This document shows positions 52,620-58,351 of a DNA stretch of 64,000 nucleotides, piece by piece; within the stretch, counting starts at the first letter, position 1; the number at the start of each line of letters is the position of its first letter. This stretch comes from Octopus sinensis (Eukaryota). The stretch lies in NCBI RefSeq assembly GCF_006345805.1, contig NC_043004.1, forward strand, positions 74,896,001 through 74,960,000, given 5' to 3'. A program made the translations under genes and the position numbers. The notes below the pieces were generated by a model, which saw nothing but the letters and a program-made list of their open reading frames with translations, did not search any database and was not told where the DNA came from.

Positions 52620-55600
52620 GGTGGTAGTGGTATGGGGGCACATGATCTAACAGTGCATCACTGCATCTACTGTTTGTTGGTGATTCCTTCTTCCTGGTGG
52701 TTGACACCTTTGCACCACTCAGGTGACAACCGTCCAACCCATGACTCTGTTTTGGTAGTGATTGTTGGTGAGGGTCTTTATGAAGCTGGAGTGCAAACCC
52801 TAACTTGATCTCTTTCAGTTTACTTTTACAATACATGCAGAGGAAAATTTTGGGTCTATTCTTTGACATGCTGGGCCCCCACACTGCACAAATTTTTCCT
52901 TATCTGAGGAGGAATTTATTTTACCTAACCAGGAAGAACAAAAGATAAATTTGTCATTTGGTGGTAAACTGAGAATAGCTCAAGGTTTTTAATTTGTTGG
53001 TCTAATTCAGTTGATTTTGTATACATACTCACGGAGACAAGACAAATGGCCAAGACCTCATACGGGCTGTGACAAATTATCAAGACATCATGGAGGCAAG
53101 ACAAATGACCAAGACCTCATGGAGGCAAGACAAATGACCAAGAACTTATAGAGGTAAGACAAAATGAGCAAGAATTCATGGAGGCAAGACAAAAGACCAA
53201 GACCTCATGGAGGCAAGACAAATGACCAAGACCTCATGGAAGCAAGACAAAGGATCAAGATCTCTTGGAGGCAAGACAAATGATCAGGACCTCATGGAGG
53301 AAAGACAAATGATCAAGACTTCATGGAGGTATGACAAATGACCAAGAATTCATTGAGGCAAGGCAAATGACCAAGACCTCATGGAGGCAGTGACAAATGA
53401 TCAAGACCTCAAGGGGGCAAGACAAATGACCAAGACTTCATGGAGGCAAGCCAAATGACCAAGACCTCATGGAGGCAAGACAAATTATCAAGACTTCATG
53501 GAGGTATGACAAATGACCAAGAATTCATTGAGGCAAGGCAAATGACCAAGACCTCATGGAGGCAGTGACAAATGATCAAGACCTCATGAGGGAAGTGACA
53601 AATGATCAAGACCTCATGGGGGCAAGACAAATGACCAAGACCTCATGGAGGCAAGACAAATGATCAAGACCTTTGGCAATATGCTGTGCTTGAGAAGAAA
53701 ACCTATCAAAGGCAAGTGAAATCACATTCATGGCAGATACTGGTATCATGCAAACTGGCACCTGTGCCAGTGGCACATAAAAGCACCCCTTACACTCTTG
53801 GAGTGGTTGGTGTTAGGAAGGGCATTCAGCCATAGAAATCATGCCAAATCAGCCATAGAAATCATGCCAGCATGGACAACAGATGCTAAATGGTGATGAT
53901 GATGATGATAATGGTGACTACAAAATTATGTAATTGATGAAATCCTTATTTTCTATTACTTATTTTTAGCTCTTCCTTGTTTCGGTTTTCGGGTGTGGCC
54001 TGGCTGAGTACCACTGTGAAGGTTTGGCCCTGCCTGCATTTACATTACAGCATAAAGAGACATTTGAAATTTAATTTTAGGAATTATTCCACAATAGGCT
54101 TACATAAGCATTATTATTCTATGAGGGAGTGGGGAAAAGTCCCTGGTATTGAGTAGATATTGCCAAAGATACTCCCTGCAATCTGTTGGGGGTGGCGTAC
54201 AACAAACAGAACAGCTGGTTCTTGAAAGTCATTGGAAATGGTGGGTTCATATGTCTTCATTGAGGACAGTCATGTTTTCCCTAGAAACTAATAAAGTTAA
54301 CTTTATACTGTAAATTCACAGGAATGATATAAATAACATGTTATAAATGTATAAGAAACAAGTATGGTTCTTCAGTTCAATCCCTCTGCATGGGACATTC
54401 GGTAACTTGGGCAAGTATCTTCTACAATAGACTTGGGTTGGTTAAAGTTTTGAGAGTGGATTTGAATGAAAACAAGAAGAAACGAAGTGTGTGTGTGCGT
54501 GTGTGTGCGTGCATGTGTGTGTGTGTGTGAATAAATATATACTAGCATATATGTGTGTGTGTATATATACCATAAATGCTACAAGTATTTCAATTTTGAT
54601 GGTAGAACTTGCTGTAGATAATGCAATAAACAATAACATTTAAATAATGGATTAAACGTTCCCATGGATAGAAAAAGGTCAAGGGTATCTGTGAGATTTA
54701 AATTCTTTTTGTAAACACGACAGACGTTTTACCATTGGACCAAGACAATTTTTCAAAATTTTCCCCTTCCCTTTAAGAAGCTTTGTTGATACCAGTGAGA
54801 AGTGTACGTTACTTACATTGCAAAAAATATGAATGCTGGAGTTCAAAGTATAAAAAGCTATGAATGATATATTTTAAGCATATAGGTGTAGGTGTGGCTG
54901 TGGTAAGAAGTTTACTTCCAAGCCACATGGTTCCAGGTTCAGCTCCACTGTGTGGCACCTTGTATAAGTGTCTTCTACTATAGCCTCAGTATGACCCAAA
55001 CCTCGTGAGTGGATTTGGCCTGTGGAAACCAAATGAAGCCTGTGGTATGTATGTATATCTATGTGTTTCTTTGACTGTGTTCATCCCCCACCACTAGTTG
55101 ACAACCAGTGATGGTGTGTTTATGTCCCCGTAAAAGATACCGACAGTATAAGTATCAGGCTTCAAAATAATAGGTTCCAGAATCAATTCAATCAACTAAA
55201 AATTCTTCAAGGTGATGCCCCAGCGTGGCCACAGTCTAACGACTGAAACAAGTCTGATAAAAGAAAGGTAAAACATATTAATATGCAACATAGAAATACC
55301 GTAAGACACTAACATTGCTTTTGTCGTAATGAGTGAAACACAATAAGGATACTTGGTTGGTGAGTCATGTTCCGTAGAATAGTATGGTTCCGTCCAGTGA
55401 ATTTGTGTGCCTTTTCTATGCTCAGGCGGCTCGAGTCTGTCCAGTAGATCCAGTCTTCAAACACTGCAAGTGAGTGAACGAATGGTACATTCTCTTTCAT
55501 TACCGTTTGTCTGTGAGTACCATCCAAACTGGCATATCTACAAAAGCAAAAGGATTAATAACAAATGGCTGCTCCATGTGGGAATTTGTTCTGTTGTATA

Positions 55601-56497
55601 ATGACAATCAGTCATGGAAGAAGGCCATCAATTTTAGAGAAGACAGTTAACAAGTTACGTTGGCACCCCACCACCTGCTACTTATTATTACCGACACTGC
55701 AAATGAAAGATGAAACCAACCTCATTAGAATTTGAACTCAGAATGTAAGGAGCCAGAAGAAATGCCACAAAGCATTTTGTCTGCTGTGTTAAAGATTTTG
55801 TGAACACACCTCATTGACCCAATAACAATAAAAATAATAATAATAATAATCCTTTCTACAATAGGTGCAAGGCCTGAAATTTGAGGGAAAGGTAGAGTCA
55901 ATTACATCGACCCCAGCACATAACTGGTACTTAATTTATCGACTCCAAAAGGATGAAGGGCAAAGTCGACCTTTGGTAGAATTTGAACTCAGACATCATT
56001 TAACATTTGTTTTCCATGCTGGCATGGATTGGATAGTTTGACAGGAGCTCGAGAAGCTGGGAGTTTACACGTGGTTTTTAAAGCTGAATGTCCTTTCTAA
56101 CACCAACCACTTCACAGTGTACTGGGTGCATTTTATGTGGCACCAGCACCGACAGGGTCACCAAGAACCTTGCAAGACAAAACCCCATCAGTTGAGAAGT
56201 GGGTAGTATTGAGAGAGAAAAAAGAAACGTGTTTGGGTTAAGGGTTTCACATGTCAAATTGACTGAAAGGAATCGTTCAATGGAAGGGATCTGGATAAAG
56301 CGTGGCGCAAACTTGAGTGTGTATGTGAAGATGATGTGTGATATATTTATATATATACATTTTTATTATTATTTTGCAATTTACTTAATCATCAGTTTAT
56401 TAGTGTTATTTTAATTTTAATATTTCTATCATATGTAATTTTCTAGATGGTGTAATTTAATTGTCCATTTTGAATTGATAAAAGGTGTTTTTTTCTA

Positions 56498-56534
<37 letters not shown>

Positions 56535-58318
56535 TTTGTGAAATTTGATTTAGTATTTCTAAATTGAATTTTTCCCTGTAAGTTAGGAATAATATTCCCT
56601 CAAATAATTATAATAATTTTTTTATATATATATTCGTCATCATCATCATTTAACATCTACCTTCTATGCTGGCATGGATTTGATGGTTTGACTGGAATTG
56701 GTAAGCCAGAGAGCTGCACCAAGTTCCAGTCTGATTTGGCAAGGTTTATACAGCTAGATGCCCTTCCTAATGACAGCCATTCCAAGAGTGAAATGGTCAC
56801 ATTCTGCATGCCACTGGCATGAGTTCTTTCCCATACCACTGGCATGGGCGCCAATGACATGACACTAGCACTGGACATGACTAGAATTTCACTTGGTTTG
56901 ATAAGTTTTCTCAAGCAGAGAATATCACCAATAGGTTGCAGTCACTTGTCATCACCTCTGTGGGGCCCAACACTTGAAGAAGATCATGCTCCACCAACGC
57001 ATCCTATGGGTCTCTCTCTTCCACAGCTTCCCCACCAACTTCTTCACACAGCTGACCACATCCACACACATCCCACGACCATACCAATGCAGTCATCTCT
57101 CTTGCACACCACACCTGATGCCTCTTATGCCCAATTTTTCTCTCAAGACACTATCATACATGCATACTGACCATTGCCCATCCAGCAAAGCACACTAGTG
57201 TCAGAGCTCACTTAGTCCTGCCTAACTGAGATTTGAAACCGAAACTACACACTCGTTGCTCATCAGACGACTGTCTGACTCCTTTGTGCCTTATCTCCAT
57301 GCTGAGAGATTAATGTGAAACATCTGATCCCTTAGGATCTTTGTTTTAGGTCTCACCTACCTCCAGGTCACACCCTATATAACTGAGATTATCTTTCTCT
57401 CACCATCTTTGCTTCAGCTGACCAATAGAGAGCTCACATTGCTAGTCGTGTCAGCCCTTAACCAGGAGCAACAGCATCAGCCAAATGGAAAGGGACAACG
57501 TAATCCTTTCTTCCTCTCCATCAACAAAACGCACAGCTTCCACACTAACAACCACCAGTGAGCTACCAATGCACCGTTACTATTGGCGATCACTCCTATG
57601 TCTGTGTTACAAAACACTGCCAGCAAATAAATTTGTGAATATTATTCTTTTCCTCTTCAATGTTGTTATTATGCTGTATCATCCTGCATTTGACCGATGG
57701 TGATGCTCCACATCTGACCACTACATTAAGTAACCTCAATGTACACACACACATCTGTCTGTCACATTTAGCCTCATTTTCCCAAGCCTACACATGTCCT
57801 CAGTGGTCACAGCACATGTTCCATTGCAGTATAGTATAGCTGTTCATACACAGACATCATACAGTCTTCCTTTCACCCTGGGGGGGGGAGGCTTTTAGTT
57901 ACCAACAAAAGTAGAAACTGTCTGAACTTTGCCCAGCCTATTCTTAGTCTAGCAGCTATCTTCTCAGAGCATCCAACTTTGCTACTGACTTGGTTACCTA
58001 GGTAACAGAAGCTATCAATTAATTCTAGGTATCCCCTCAGGCATTTGATGGACAGGATTTTCTGTACATTTCTAGTGTTTACTGCACTTGTGCACCTTCC
58101 ACACACACACACACAAAAAAAATAGGTTCCCTGTTAACCTTCCTCTGATATTGTTGCACCTCTTATGTGTCCATAGCTTACACTGAGTACATCTTATGGG
58201 ATTTCTACTCACACCTCTTCTACATATTGAACAGGGCCATCTACCCGAGGGGATTTGTGATTTGTCTGCTTTACTACTTACTAAGACTTTGGTTTTTGCT
58301 AAATTAACTCTAAGGCCC

Positions 58319-58351
<33 letters not shown>

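Noticed and set aside
51898-52884. 328-aa single-exon ORF
   Set aside because: Only 52287-52529 is coding (LRP2 exon with GT-AG ends); the rest is read-through into microsatellite and RTE 3'UTR.
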